Part shown: one piece after another, positions 39,023 to 51,179 of the stretch
Numbering within the stretch: the stretch's first letter is position 1
Layout of the letters: every line of letters starts with the position of its first letter
Source of the DNA: Sphyrna mokarran
Lineage: Eukaryota
Reading direction: 5' to 3'
DNA: 64,000 bases
Assembly (NCBI GenBank): GCA_024679065.1
Contig: JAGIQG010000036.1
Coordinates: 12,772,001 to 12,836,000, forward strand
Notes under the pieces: generated by a model
Databases searched by the model: none
Seen by the model: the letters and a program-made list of their open reading frames with translations, nothing else
Told to the model about the DNA's origin: nothing
Program-made: the position numbers and the translations under genes

Positions 39023-39474
39023 TACTCTCTCTTCTATCTTCTTCCATCGCTAAAAGGTATAAAGATCTAAGGTCACCTATCAACCGACTCAACAACAGCT
39101 TCTCCCCAGGAGCCATCAGGCTTTTCAATTGACCTACAATGCATTAAATTAACCTTCCTCTACTCCCTGGCTATGACACTACATCCGGCATTCTCTCGTT
39201 TCCTTCTCTATAAACGGAATGCATTGCCTGCATGGTGTGCAAGAAACAATACTTTTCACTGTATACTAAAACATGTGACAATAATAAATCAAGTCAAAAT
39301 CATGCTTTCATTTACACTTCCTCTCTCTCATGTTCGACACAACTTTGTTAAAATCTCTCCCAACTCACCAATTACAATCTACATGGCTCAGTGCCCCCCC
39401 CCCCCGCGAATATAGTTCTCCCTGTCTTTAGCAATGGTGAAGAGTCTAATGGACTATATTTTCTCTCTCCACAG

Positions 39475-40186
39475 AAGGACCCTTAATAGCGTTGTTGAGC
39501 AGAGGGATCTTGGGGTACAAGTACGTAGCTCTTTGAAAGTTGGCACCCAGGTTGATAAAGTTGTTAAAAAGGCGTACGGTGTGTTAGCTTTTATTAGTAG
39601 AGGGATTGAATTTAGGAGCCGTGAGGTTATGTTACAACTGTACAAAACTCTGGTGCGGCCGCACTTGGAGTATTGCGTACAGTTCTGGTCGCCGCATTAT
39701 AAGAAAGATGTGGAAGCATTGGAAAGGGTGCAGAGGAGGTTTACCAGGATGTTGCCTGGTATGGTGGGAAGGCCTTATGAGGAAAGGCTGAGGGACCTGA
39801 GGTTATTTTCATTAGAGAGAAGAAGGTTACACGGTGACCTAATTGAGGCGTATAAGATGATCAAGGGATTGGATAGGGTGGATAGTGAGAGCCTTTTTCC
39901 TCGGATGGTGATGACCAACACGAGGGGACATAACTTTAAATTAAGAGGTGGTAGTTATAGGACGGATGTCAGAGGCAGGTTCTTCACACAGAGGGTGGTG
40001 AGGGCGTGGAATGCCCTGCCTGCAGCAGTTGTGGACTCGCCTACTTTGGGGGCATTCAAATATTCGGTGGATAGGCATATGGATGATATTGGAATAGTTT
40101 AGGTTAGAGGGTCCACTGGCCGGCGCAACATCGAGGGCCGAAGGGCCTGTACTGTGCTGTACTGTTCTATGTTCTATGTTCTATGT
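39475..40186 (+). mobile_element. Young CR1 LINE 3' end
   Basis: Open ORF2 C-terminus to 40102; TGTTCTA tail. Confidence 0.9.
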
Positions 40187-40869
40187 AGATGCTGCCAGAT
40201 GTGCTGAGTTTTTCCAGCATTTTATGTTTTTATTTATAGAAGTTTAGTGTGACCTCGCGTTTGTTTTTGTAGGCCCCACTTCTTCGGGGTAGCTGACATA
40301 TTCACCAGATAAGAAGCTTTTTCTCCTCCAGCAGAGCAAGACTGCGCCTGAGGCCAGAGAAAGTTACAGAGGACCTCTTTCCCCCATGCTCTGAATTCCC
40401 ACTTTGAAACACATTCTCAGTTTGACTCACTGATCTCTGTCTCACTCGGGCGGAATCTCTCTCATTGACTGTGCGCCCTTACTGGCCATTATTTATCATT
40501 TCTCTTATTTATATTTCTTCTCAATTTCTTATCAGAGTTATTACTGCTTCTCTTTTCTGCTGGTCTCCGGTTTTCATCTCCCTCGCAGCGGGAGCATAAT
40601 CTTCAAGGCGACTCCATGGAACGGTTCATATCATTGAAATGCATTAATTTCATCAGCCGAGCCATCCATTTTCTAAAGGAAACACAGTCAGTCTGTTCAA
40701 ACTTCCCTGTTAGTTGTAATCTCTTGGTGTTCTGTTATGAGCCATACAAATAGTCGAGCATCCAACAGATGCCTCTACATCTAATACACCTTAGTCTGTC
40801 TAAAAAGTTTTATCTGTAAAATGAACCGCGACAGAACGTGAGCAGTTTTCTCATTCACAGCTGTTTTGG

Positions 40870-40908
40870 CGTTTTTGTTGAACTGCTCCATCTCTCTGAG
40901 TCACTGTG
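40870..40908 (-). other. 23-RSS of V10
   Basis: CACAGTG-23-ACAAAAACG. Confidence 0.93.
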
Positions 40909-41391
40909 AAGACTCCAGGCACAGTAATACACGGCCGAGTGATTCACCCGCAGGCCGGAGGACTCCAGGTTGAATTCGGAGCCACTCGGTCGCTCGGCGG
41001 AGAAAGTGTCCACCGTCCCCTGCGGATTCACACTTCGTGTAGCTGCAGAATAAAACATCAACTCTAGCCCCTTCCCCGGGTATTGTCTGTACCAGTACAT
41101 CTGACCAGTGCTGGCTCCTTCCACAGTGCATCCCAACTCCACTCTCTCTCCAAGATGCTTGGAAACAGCTGGAGGAGTCTGATGGATTGTCTCTGAGTTC
41201 ACATCTGGAGAAGAAATCAGGAGAGCAAGAGATCAAGGAACAGAACGTTGTTATGGAGAAGGGGGGAAGGAATGAGGCAATTGGAAAGACGGAAGAAAAA
41301 TAGATAAAGGCAGATGGTAACAAAATAGGTATCACTCACAAAAAAGAAAATTCCCTCACGTTGAAATAAAATCAGCAGACTCAATAACAAT
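40909..41391 (-). pseudogene. TRBV: TRBV V10 (CAWS family); intact V exon, start codon deleted
   Basis: V exon 41204..40909 open. Leader remnant 41391..41360 lacks 5 nt (GTATC), destroying the ATG; in-frame stop upstream with no rescuing ATG. Confidence 0.78.
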
Positions 41392-41466
41392 CCTTTGCTT
41401 GTCTTATAGTAGGGAAATGAGTTAAAACAGGAGTGAACTGTCCTGGTGAGAGTGAATCCGTCTCCT

Positions 41467-41549
41467 TTTTATATCATTGAGTAAATGATGCAAGTGTACA
41501 TAGGGCCCTCCTTCGCTGATGGAAATGATTGGCTGTAAGTGGAGCCAAT
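41467..41549 (-). promoter_or_regulatory. Putative V promoter (TATA + paired inverted CCAAT boxes) of V10
   Basis: TATAAAA at 41473..41467. ATTGG-N12-CCAAT at 41528..41549, with the same arrangement upstream of V2 and V8 and partly V6. Confidence 0.55.
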
Positions 41550-44500
41550 AAGAAGAGGAGGGTGCTTGGGGCCGGTGACAGAGGAAGCGAGTGGGCAAAG
41601 GAGTGGCAACCGCAGTTTAAGACAGAAGTCCAACACTGTACAGAAGAGCCATTTGGCCCATCGAATCTATTCCGACAGCAATCCCACCCAGGATGGGATT
41701 CCCTTAATCCCATGCATTTAAAATGCTAATCCTCCTGACAGTAAAGGCAATTTAGCACGGCCAATGCACCTAACCCGCATATCTTTGGACTGTCAAGGGA
41801 AACCGGAGGAAATACTGAGAACCCAGAGTGCTGAGAGAGACAAGGGAGGAAATGTTCCTGTGCTGTAATTTTCTTTCTAACCCTCGCAGACACGGGGAGA
41901 ACGTGCAAAATCCATATAGACAATGAACCAAGCTGGGAATTGAACGCGGGTCTGTGGCTCAGTGAGGCAGCAGTGCTAACTACTGTGCCACTAAGTTGCC
42001 CCGAGTTTCACGTGGACACATTCTAAAACCCAACTTTCAACACAAGGAAGAGAGGCGAGAATGTTTTCTAACTGATGAGAAGCGAGAAACCCCGGAGCTG
42101 CAAAGGGTTTAGTTATCCAGCTCCATTTAAAACAGATAAACATTTAACCTGGAGTGGTAATGGAGAGCGACCCTTTGCTTAAGTGCAGCTGGAATGTAAC
42201 GGGCGGGGTGGGGGGGGGGGGGGGGGGTGCGGGGAGCGGCACTACAGTTGTTGACAACCGCAGTAGACTCCACCTGGAAGATTTATTTCAATTCTGGGCA
42301 GATCATGTCAGGGAGGACGTTTTAGACATAGAATACAAATTGGATTCGTCAGAATAACATTGAGCTAAAATGGTTAACTCACGAGGACAGTTTGCATCGG
42401 TGTCAGCGGCAGTTTGCACATTCTCCCCGTGATTGCGTGGGTTTTCTCCGGGTGCACCGGTTTCCTTCCACATCCCAGAAACGTGCTCTTAGGCTGATTG
42501 GTGTAACAAATTGTCCCTAAATTAGACTTCCCTCAATCTTCCCCGATAGGTGCAGACAAAGGTCAGAGGTAGGGAGAGGGCACTCATAATGTTAAAGTGG
42601 CGGCGCTGGCTCGTTGGGCCGAAGGGCCTGTTTCCCGTGCTGTGTTGTTCTTTGTTCTTAAGCAATCTTTCAATGCTGTTGCTGATTGAATTGAACCATG
42701 TTCCAGACACCAGAGTGTTTCACGGTCCCAGCTCGCCCCCTGCTGTCGGTGTTGTGAGGAACAGCAGATGATAAAATCCGCAGCTCTTCCCCATTCTGCT
42801 TTCCGTTCTTTACTTATTTCTGTTACTTAATTTGCCGTTCTATCTCCACATTTTCTTCTATTGCTTTCCTATTTCGTTCTACAGCTTCCTCTTAAAGGCA
42901 TCGGTGATATTTCCCTAAATTATTCGTTGGCTCTGACCTCCACATTCTCAGTGCCCTATGGATAAGGCTCATTTCGAATTCCCTATTGGATTTTCACCTG
43001 CTCAGTCCTCTCAAACCGCTGTCGTAATTCCAAAAAAAAAGCACGTTTCCCAACCTTCATTCTCCAACGGAAACGAACAAGTTCCGCATTTCCTGATAGT
43101 TTGACCTATCAGACTTGTTAACGTTCTAGATATTGGCTCTATAAACATAGACAGGGATCACGGGTAGAGGTGGGAACATCGGGGTGGCGGCACGGGCTCG
43201 TTGGGCCGAAGGGCCTGTTTCCAGTGCTGTTTTGTTCTTTGTTGTTTGTTGTAGATAACGTTTTTATTTTCACTTTCACCAATTCGTAATTCAACAACGG
43301 CAATTTAATCTTCTCGTCAAAAAGCACATCAGGATTATTTCCAAATTTTTCTTCCTTGTTTCCTCATTGCAACTAACCACATCTGGAATAGCAATTTTCC
43401 ACAATGAATTGTCATATTATCATATCTAAATGCCCCCTCCCTTTTCCTCTGTAACAGTCTCGCAGGGCTGAACGGCCTCCTCCTATTCCAGTGTAACACT
43501 CTCGACTGTGGCGGAATGGCTATCTCATGTTCCTGTGTAACAACCTTGAGTGGGGCTGAATGGCCTCCTCCTGTTTCTGGGTATCAGACTCGAGAGGGGC
43601 TGAATGGCTTCCTGTTCGCCTCAAAAATGTTTCAAACTATACGCACATTCCCTGAACTTAATGACATACCACTTTTCCCACACAACGTCCAATTTAGAAA
43701 CTCGGTCCCTCAGCTCCTTGCTGGTAACTTGGAAGACCTGGTAAAATGCAAAATTGTTCATTTTAAAAGAAGTAATGAGAAGGCGGATTATTATGAAATG
43801 GGGGGAGACTGCAATGCTGTAGCACTTGGGGATCTTTGTTCATGAAAGCAAGCACACAGATGCAGAAAGTAATAGGGAGGGCAAATTGAATGCTATATTT
43901 TACTTGAAAGGGGCTGGAGTATTAATTTGAAGGGGTGTTGCTGAAATTGTACAAACTACTAGTAAGGCACATTTAGAATACTGAGTGCAGTTTTGGCTTC
44001 CTTGTTTAAAGAAAGATATATTATCATTGGAGACGGCATAGAAGAGGAATAGATGCAGAGAGGATATTCCCAATAGTGAGGGAGTCCAGAACCAGGGGTC
44101 ACAGTTTGAGGATTCAGCATGGACCATTTAAGTCGGAAGAGAGGATACATTTTTGCACACAAAATGTGGTGAGCCACATGTGGTAATGAGTTCCACAGGA
44201 AATAGTTGATGCCGAAACTTTGAATGTATTCAAGAGGCGGCTGGATATAGCACTTGGGGCGAATGGGATCAAATTTATGACGAAAAAGCAGGTTTAGGCT
44301 ATTGAGTTGGATGATTAGCCTTGATTGTATTGAATGGTGGAGCAGGCTCGAAGGGCTAAATGGCCTCCTCCTGCTCCTATTTTCTCTGTTTCCATGACTA
44401 CTAGAATGATCCTGGGTACTGAGGAACTTCCATATGAGGAAATATTAATTAGGTTGGGTTTCTACTCCTTGGGGTTCAGAGAAATGAAAGATGATATGAA

Positions 44501-45639
44501 TGAAACATAGAAGATTCTCAAGAGGTTAGACAGCATAACATTTTAGGGAATAATTGCACTCTTCCACACACTGGAATGCTACTTACAGTTCTGACATTCT
44601 TGCCCAAAAAGGATATAGTAAAATTGGAGGCAGTCCCAAGGAAATTCACCAGACTAATTCCTAGGATTGTCTTAGAGTTGTCTTATCAAGAGAGATTAAA
44701 TATTGGCTGGGGTTTAGAAGAGTTTGAGGTGACCATATTTAAACATACAAGATCCTGAGGGCATTTGATAGAGTGGATGTGAGATGTTTCCACTAGTGGG
44801 ACTACCTTGAACAAGGGGACATAGCTACAAGAGAAAGGGCAGTCATTCAAAACTAATGTAATAAAAATGTCTTCTCCCAGAGAGTGGCGAATTTCTGGAA
44901 TTCTCTGCCACTAGGGGTATTGGAGGCTTGATAATTAGGAATATTTAAATTGGAGGTTGACCAACAAGGGGCATGCATGCGGCATGTCGTGCGAGAGCTG
45001 CTCTTGGAGGTTGCTTCAGGAGTTGCCTAGTGCTTCACGTCGTCAGTGTATGCTTAAACTGGACCATCTGATGGGCAACATGACAGCTCAGAGACTATCG
45101 CTGTTGCTGTGCTGACACATGGATTTGGGCCTGTGTCTGCGGGAGTTTGCGCGTTCTCCCCGTGGTTGCGTGGGTTTTCTCCGGGTGCTCCGTTTCCTCC
45201 CACATCCCAAAAATGTGCTCTTAGGCTGATTGGGTAACAAATTGTCCCTATATTGGTCCCTATATGGGAATCTTCAACAATAGGCATAGCCTAAAGTCAA
45301 AGATATGTCATTAAGACGTTAGGACGGCGGCGTGGGCTCGTTGGGCCGAAGGGCCTGTTTCCCATGCTGTGTTGCTCTTTGTTCTTTGTTCTTTGTTTGT
45401 GAATAAATATTTGATAGATCAAGGAATAGAGGGCTGTGGAGAAATGGCACCGAAAAGGGGCTGAGGCCGGCAAAGATCAGCCGCAATCTATTGAAAGGCG
45501 GGCAGCCTTGAATGGGCTGATGGCCACTCATTGCTTCTCTTTCTTGTGTTCTCATGTGAGAATAGAGTCACCAAATAAGGGAGCGCTCATTTAAGACAGA
45601 TTTAAGACAGATTTAAGACAGAGCGACATTTAAGACGAG

Positions 45640-48600
45640 GAGTTTAGAAGTGGTGGTGGTGACCGAGACGTGGTTGAAGGAGGGGCAAGACTGGCAATTG
45701 AATATTCCAGGATATAAGTGTTTTAGGCATGACAGAGTTGGTGTGAGGAGAGGTGGGGGAGTGGCTTTATTAGTTAAAGGCAACATCATAGCAGTGCAGA
45801 GGGAGGGAGGTATGGATGATTTAGGAATTGAGTCTCTATGGGTGGAGTTGAGGAATAGGAAGGGAGTGGTTACTCTGTTGGGTGTTTACTACCTACCGCC
45901 CAACAGCCCGCGGGCCGTGGAAGAAGGGATATGCAGGGACATTTTAGATAAGTGTAGGAAAAATAGGGTAGTAGTAGTGGGAGATTTCCATTTTCCTGGA
46001 GTAGATTGGAGAGTGCCCAGAGCTGTAGGAGTGGACGGGGAGGAATTTGTACAGTGTGTTTTGGAAGGGTCCTTGGAGCAGTATGTGGATGGCCCGACTA
46101 GAGAGGGGGCTATACTGGATTTGGTTCTGGGAAATGAGCCAGGGCAGGTGGTTGACGTCGAGGTAGGAGAGCATGTGTCAAATAGCGATCACAACTCTGT
46201 CTGCTTTAGGATATTAATGGAAAAGGACGAGACCTGCCCAAAAGGGAAGGTATTTAACTGGGGGAGGGCTAGATACAGCAAGATTAGGCAAGATCTTAAA
46301 GATACCGACTGGGATAAGCTTTTCGAGGGCAGGTCGACGAGGTACATGTGGGAGTCTTTCAAGGGAAAACTAAATTCTCTGCAGGAAAGATACGTGCCAG
46401 CAAGGAGGAAGGATGGGAAAAGTAGGATTAGAGAACCGTGGCTTACCAGGGAGATTGAGGACTTGATCAGGAAGAAGCGAGAGGCTTACATTAGATCTAG
46501 GCAACTGGGGACTGAGACAGCGCTGGAAGCTTATAGAGAGTGTAGACGGGATCTTAAAGGGGGTATTAGAAAGGCAAAAAGGGGCCACGAGGTGGCTCTG
46601 GCAGGTAGGATTAAGGAAAATCCAAAGGCATTTTACACCTATGTAAGGAGCAAAAGGATGGTTAGAGGCAAGATTGGACCTCTCAGGGACAGAGGAGGGG
46701 ATCTATGCTTAGAGCCTGAGGGAATGAGGGAGATCCTGAATGAATACTTTGCGTCGGTATTCACGCAGGAGACTGGCCAGATGTCTGTTGCTGATGTTGA
46801 CAAAGTTGAGGATCGGTTGAGGGAAATAAAGATTACGAGGAAAGAGGTGTTGAGGCTGTTAGGCAGCTTAAAGGCATATAAAGCTCCGGGGCCTGATGGC
46901 ATTTACCCCAGGCTGCTAAGGGAGTTGAGGGAAGACCTGGCTGGGCCTCTGACACAAATCTTTGTCTCTTCCTTGGACACAGGTGAGGTCCCAGAGAACT
47001 GGAGGATAGCAAATGTAGTACCGTTGTTTAAAAAAGGTCAGAGGGATAACCCAGGGAACTATAGGCCGGTGAGCTTGACTTCAGTTATAGGTAAGCTAAT
47101 GGAGAGGATCCTCAGGGACAGGATGTATGAGCATCTGGAGCACTGCGATCTGATCAGGGATACGCAGCATGGCTTTGTCAAGGGGAAGTCTTGTCTTACA
47201 AATCTAGTGGAATTTTTTTGAAGAAGTGACAAAAACAGTTGATGAAGGACATGCTGTTGATGTCGTCTACATGGATTTCAGTGAGGCGTTTGACAAGGTT
47301 CCTCATGGTAGACTGATAGAGAAGGTGAAGGCGCATGGGATACAGGGCCAGGTATGTAGATGGGTCGAGAACTGGCTTGGGAGGAGGAGACAGAGGGTAG
47401 TAGTGGAAGGCTCTTTTTCTGACTGGAGGCCTGTCACTAGTGGAGTGCCACAAGGCTCAGTACTAGGTCCTGTTCTATTTGTGGTCTACATAAACGACTT
47501 GGAAGTTGGGGTAGGTGGTGACATCAGCAAATTTGCTGATGACACTAAGATGCTTGGATTGGCGGGTACAGAGGAGCAGTGCCAGGCAATACAACAGGAC
47601 ATAGATAGGTTGGTAGACTGGGCAGATAGATGGCAAATGGTATTTAATCCGGATAAATGCGAGGTGATGCATTTTGGCTGGAAAAATGTAGAAGAGAGTT
47701 ATAGGATAAAAGGTAAAACTATTCGGAGTATAGAGACGCAGAGAGACTTGGGGGTGCAGGTTCACAAGTCTCTGAAGGTGTCTTCACAGGTGGAGAAGGT
47801 GAGAAAGAAAGCGTATAGTATGTTAGCTTTCATAGAAAAGGGTATAGAATACAAGAGTAGGAGTTTGATGTTGCAATTGTATAGACCGTTGGTTAGGCCT
47901 CACTTGGAATACTGCGTCCAGTTCTGGTCGCCGTACTATCGGAAGGATGTGGAGTCCTTGGAGAGAGTGCAGAGGAGGTTTACAGGATGCTGCCTGGTAT
48001 GGAAGGACTGTCTTATGAGGAACGATTAAATAGACTGGGGTTGTTTTCCCTTGAAAGACGTCGTCTTAGAGGGGATCTAATAGAGGTGTATAAGATTATA
48101 AGGGGTATAGATAGAGTAAATGGTGGTAAACTTTTTCCACCTTCAGAAATGGATAGGACAAGGGGTCATGGCCTTAGGGTGAGGGGGGCTATGTATAAGA
48201 CGAATATTAGAGGGCAGTTTTTCACACAAAGGGTAGTGGGGGTGTGGAATGCACTGCCGAGTAAGGTGGGGGGAGCAGGCACGCTAGGGCTGTTTAAGGG
48301 TCTCTTGGACAGCCACATGAGCGTTATGCAGATAGAGGGATATAGTAGGACTGTTTAACTATGGCTTTTTTTTCCCACAGGTAATTCAGTCCATACTTGA
48401 CCAACAAGGAGCATGCATTCGGCAGGTGGTGCGAGGACAGCTCTTGGATGTTGAGTCATGGGTTGCCTGGTGCTTCATGTCGTAAATGAGTGCTTTATCT
48501 GGACCATCTGAAGGGCACCATGACAGCTCAGTGACTATCGCTGTAGCTGTGCAGACACTTGGAATTGGGCAGGTGTCTGCGGGAGTTTGCGCGTTCTCCC

Positions 48601-48820
48601 CGTGGTTGCGTGGGTTTTCTCTGGGCGCTCCGGTTTCCTCCCACATCCCAAAAAATTCGCTCTTAGGCTGATTGGGAAACAAATTGTCCCTACATTGAGG
48701 CTCTTCCATATTAGGAATAACCTAAAATTAGAATAGGATAATGGAATTGTTACTATATAGTTATGACGGCGGTGCGGGCTCGTTGGGCTGAAGGGCCTGT
48801 TTCCCGTGCTGTGTTGCTCT
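45640..48820 (+). mobile_element. CR1-clade LINE, near-complete ORF2 (APE endonuclease + RT) with two frameshifts, plus 3' UTR
   Basis: ORFs 45650..47221, 47226..48029 and 47987..48358: VTETW, GDFHFP and SDH (APE); PGPDG, NYRPVSL, QHGF and FADD (RT). Confidence 0.93.
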
Positions 48821-48839
48821 AAAAAGAAATTTGAGGAAG

Positions 48840-49560
48840 TACAAAGAACAAAGAACAAACAGCACGGGAAACAGGCCCTTCAGCCCAATGAGCCCATGCC
48901 GCCACCCCGATGTTCCTACCTCTACCCACGATCCCTGTCCATGTTTATAGATCTATGGATTAAAAACCAAATTTGAGACAATTTAGGGAGAATTTGTTTT
49001 GCCAATTAGCCTAAGAGCTAATTGAGTATTTATACAAAGAACAAACAGCATGGAAAACAGCCCTTCGGCCCAATGAGCCCACGCTTCCATCTCGATGTTC
49101 CCACTTCCACCCATGATCCCTGTCTCTGTTTATAGAAATCTGCATTGGAACCAAATTGGCAAGACAATTTAGGGAGAATTTGTTTTGCCAATCAGCCTAA
49201 GGGCATATCTTTGGGCTGTGGGAGGAAACCGGAGCACCCGGAGAAAACCCACGCAAGCACGGGGAGAATGCACAAACTCCCACAGACACAGGTCCGCATC
49301 CATGTGTCTGCACAGCACAGCGATAGTCACTGAGCTGTCATGTTGTCCTTCAACTGGTCCAGCGTACACTAACGACGTGAAGCACTAGGATACTCTCGAA
49401 AAATCCAAGAGCAGCCCTCTCACGATCCATCGCGTGTATGCCGCTTGTTGGACAACAAGGCGGACCGAAATACCTGTAGGATAAAACAGAAATACATCAA
49501 TATCATGCACAACTACGCAATTCACAGGGAACTCCCAAGGCTCATGATCCCTATTTTAAA
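48840..49560 (-). mobile_element. Two CR1 3'-UTR fragments (~48840-49020, ~49035-49560)
   Basis: Reverse-complement matches to 11680-12220. Confidence 0.8.
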
Positions 49561-49631
49561 TCTCAAGGTGTGGTGAATCTTTGGAGTTCTTTAGCCCTTT
49601 AAGCTGTGGAGACCAAGTCCTGGACGTTTTC

Positions 49632-49892
49632 AGTTTATTTATTAGTCGCAAGTAAGGCTTACATTAACACTTCAATGAAATTACTGTGAAATTTCCCTAG
49701 TCGCCACACTCGGACACCTGTACGGGTCAATGCACTTAACCAAAGTGGACTGTGGGAGGAAACCAGTGCACTCGAACGAAACCCGCGCAGACACGGGGAG
49801 AACATGCAAACTCCACGCGGACTGTCACCCAAGCTGGGAATCTATATCAGGCTCCTAACACAGTGAGGCAGCAGTGCTAGCCACTGCGCCAC
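49632..49892 (-). mobile_element. V-SINE inserted in an old CR1 remnant (right boundary of triplication)
   Basis: CR1 remnant is continuous on both sides, with a TSD-like ACGT(C)TTTTCA. Confidence 0.75.
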
Positions 49893-50285
49893 GTCTTTTC
49901 AAGACTGAGATCGAGGGGGGTTTTAATCAGTTGGAGAATTAAGGGTTGGGGGGCTAAGGTGGGGAAGTGGACTTCGTGAGTGTTACATCAGCCATAACCG
50001 TGTTAAAAGCTGGAATAGCCTCGACGGGCCGAATGGCTCGCCAAGATCCCTATTTCAGCAGATCTTAGCCCAATCTTCTCTATTTTATTGGTGGGTATCG
50101 GAAGTCAGTCAACCTTTTCTGCTAATTTTAATATCTCAGTTCCGATGTCAGAAATTACTGATCTTCCTCTGCTCCTCTAGCACAGTGTTTTCATCTAGTC
50201 AATTAGTCTCAGTTTCACAATAAAGTTCAATCGGCGCGGGTAGAACGAGTTTGCTCTTTTGCACCTGTTTCCTGCGGCCTTTGGG

Positions 50286-50324
50286 GGTTTTTGTTGAACT
50301 GCTCCATCTCTCTGAGTCACTGTG
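50286..50324 (-). other. 23-RSS of V11
   Basis: CACAGTG-23-ACAAAAACC. Confidence 0.95.
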
Positions 50325-50825
50325 AAGACTCCAGGCGCAGTAATACACGGCCGAGTGATTCACCCGCAGGCTGGGGGACTCCAGGTTGAACTCATAGTCA
50401 TTGGGTCGCTTGGCTGTGAAGCCGTCCACCGCCTCATTTGGACTGACATGCTCTTTAGCGTTGGAGAAAAACATCCCTTGGGGCTCCCTCCCCGGGTACT
50501 GTCTGTACCAGTACATCCTGAGCACGCTGCTGCTCCCCTCCAGAGTGCATTTCAGTTCCACTCTCTCCCCTGGGAATTTGGAAACGGCGGCGGGAGTCTG
50601 GCGGATAGTCTGAGACTTCACATCTGAAGAGAAAGAGGAGAGATCAGGAAATTGGGACATTCTGGGTGGTGGAATGAGAGGAAAGAGAAGAAATTGAAGT
50701 GAAATAGAAAGAAAGAAAGCAAGAGGGAGGTCAGCAAGTGGAAAGGAAAGTTAGATGTTGAATAAGAATTGTTGGGAAAGTTCCTTACGGTGAAACATGA
50801 TGATCAGAGCCAGCAACCGATACAT
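50325..50825 (-). CDS. TRBV: TRBV V11 (CAWS family, KSQTI subfamily); apparently functional
   Basis: Leader 50825..50789 (MYRLLALIIMFH, GTAAGG donor); V exon 50623..50325 (299 nt, one extra CDR1 codon). Confidence 0.9.
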
Positions 50826-50917
50826 CTTCCCCTTCAGCTTCCCGCTTAAACAATCTTTCTCACTGGGAAGAATGCACTCAAATTGCAAAGCTCCTCCTCC
50901 TTACTTTTTGACTGACA

Positions 50918-50960
50918 GCCCCGCCCCTTCCTAGCCCCGCCCCACACTCCCTGATTGGTT
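50918..50960 (-). promoter_or_regulatory. Putative V11 promoter: two GC boxes + CCAAT
   Basis: CCCCGCCCC twice, then CTGATTGG, ~100-135 bp upstream of the ATG; same GC box/CCAAT upstream of V12 (~59947-59972). Confidence 0.55.
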
Positions 50961-51179
50961 TATGTAGAGCTGGCGGCAGCAAAGCTACATTGAGGGGCCG
51001 ATGGAGAGGGGAAATGTGGAGGAATCACAGCTCAGATCCAGGGGGGAATTCTGAAGACAGGCTGTATAAACATGAACTGCGCTTCTCTCAATGTGGAATA
51101 TTCAGGGTAATTTGATTTAACTAAAAGTTAAAGTTTGTTAGTCGCAAGCAAGGCTTACATTAACACTGCAATGAAGTTA

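Larger units (their letters stand above)
525..49892. repeat. Tandem segmental triplication of a 4-V cassette (~0.5-12.2, ~12.2-27.65, ~27.65-49.9 kb)
   Basis: Collinear order of V subfamilies, promoters, old repeats and 44-bp arrays in all three units. Confidence 0.88.

Noticed and set aside
45650-48358. Active autonomous LINE
   Set aside because: No ORF1 or 5' UTR, truncated endonuclease start and two frameshifts.
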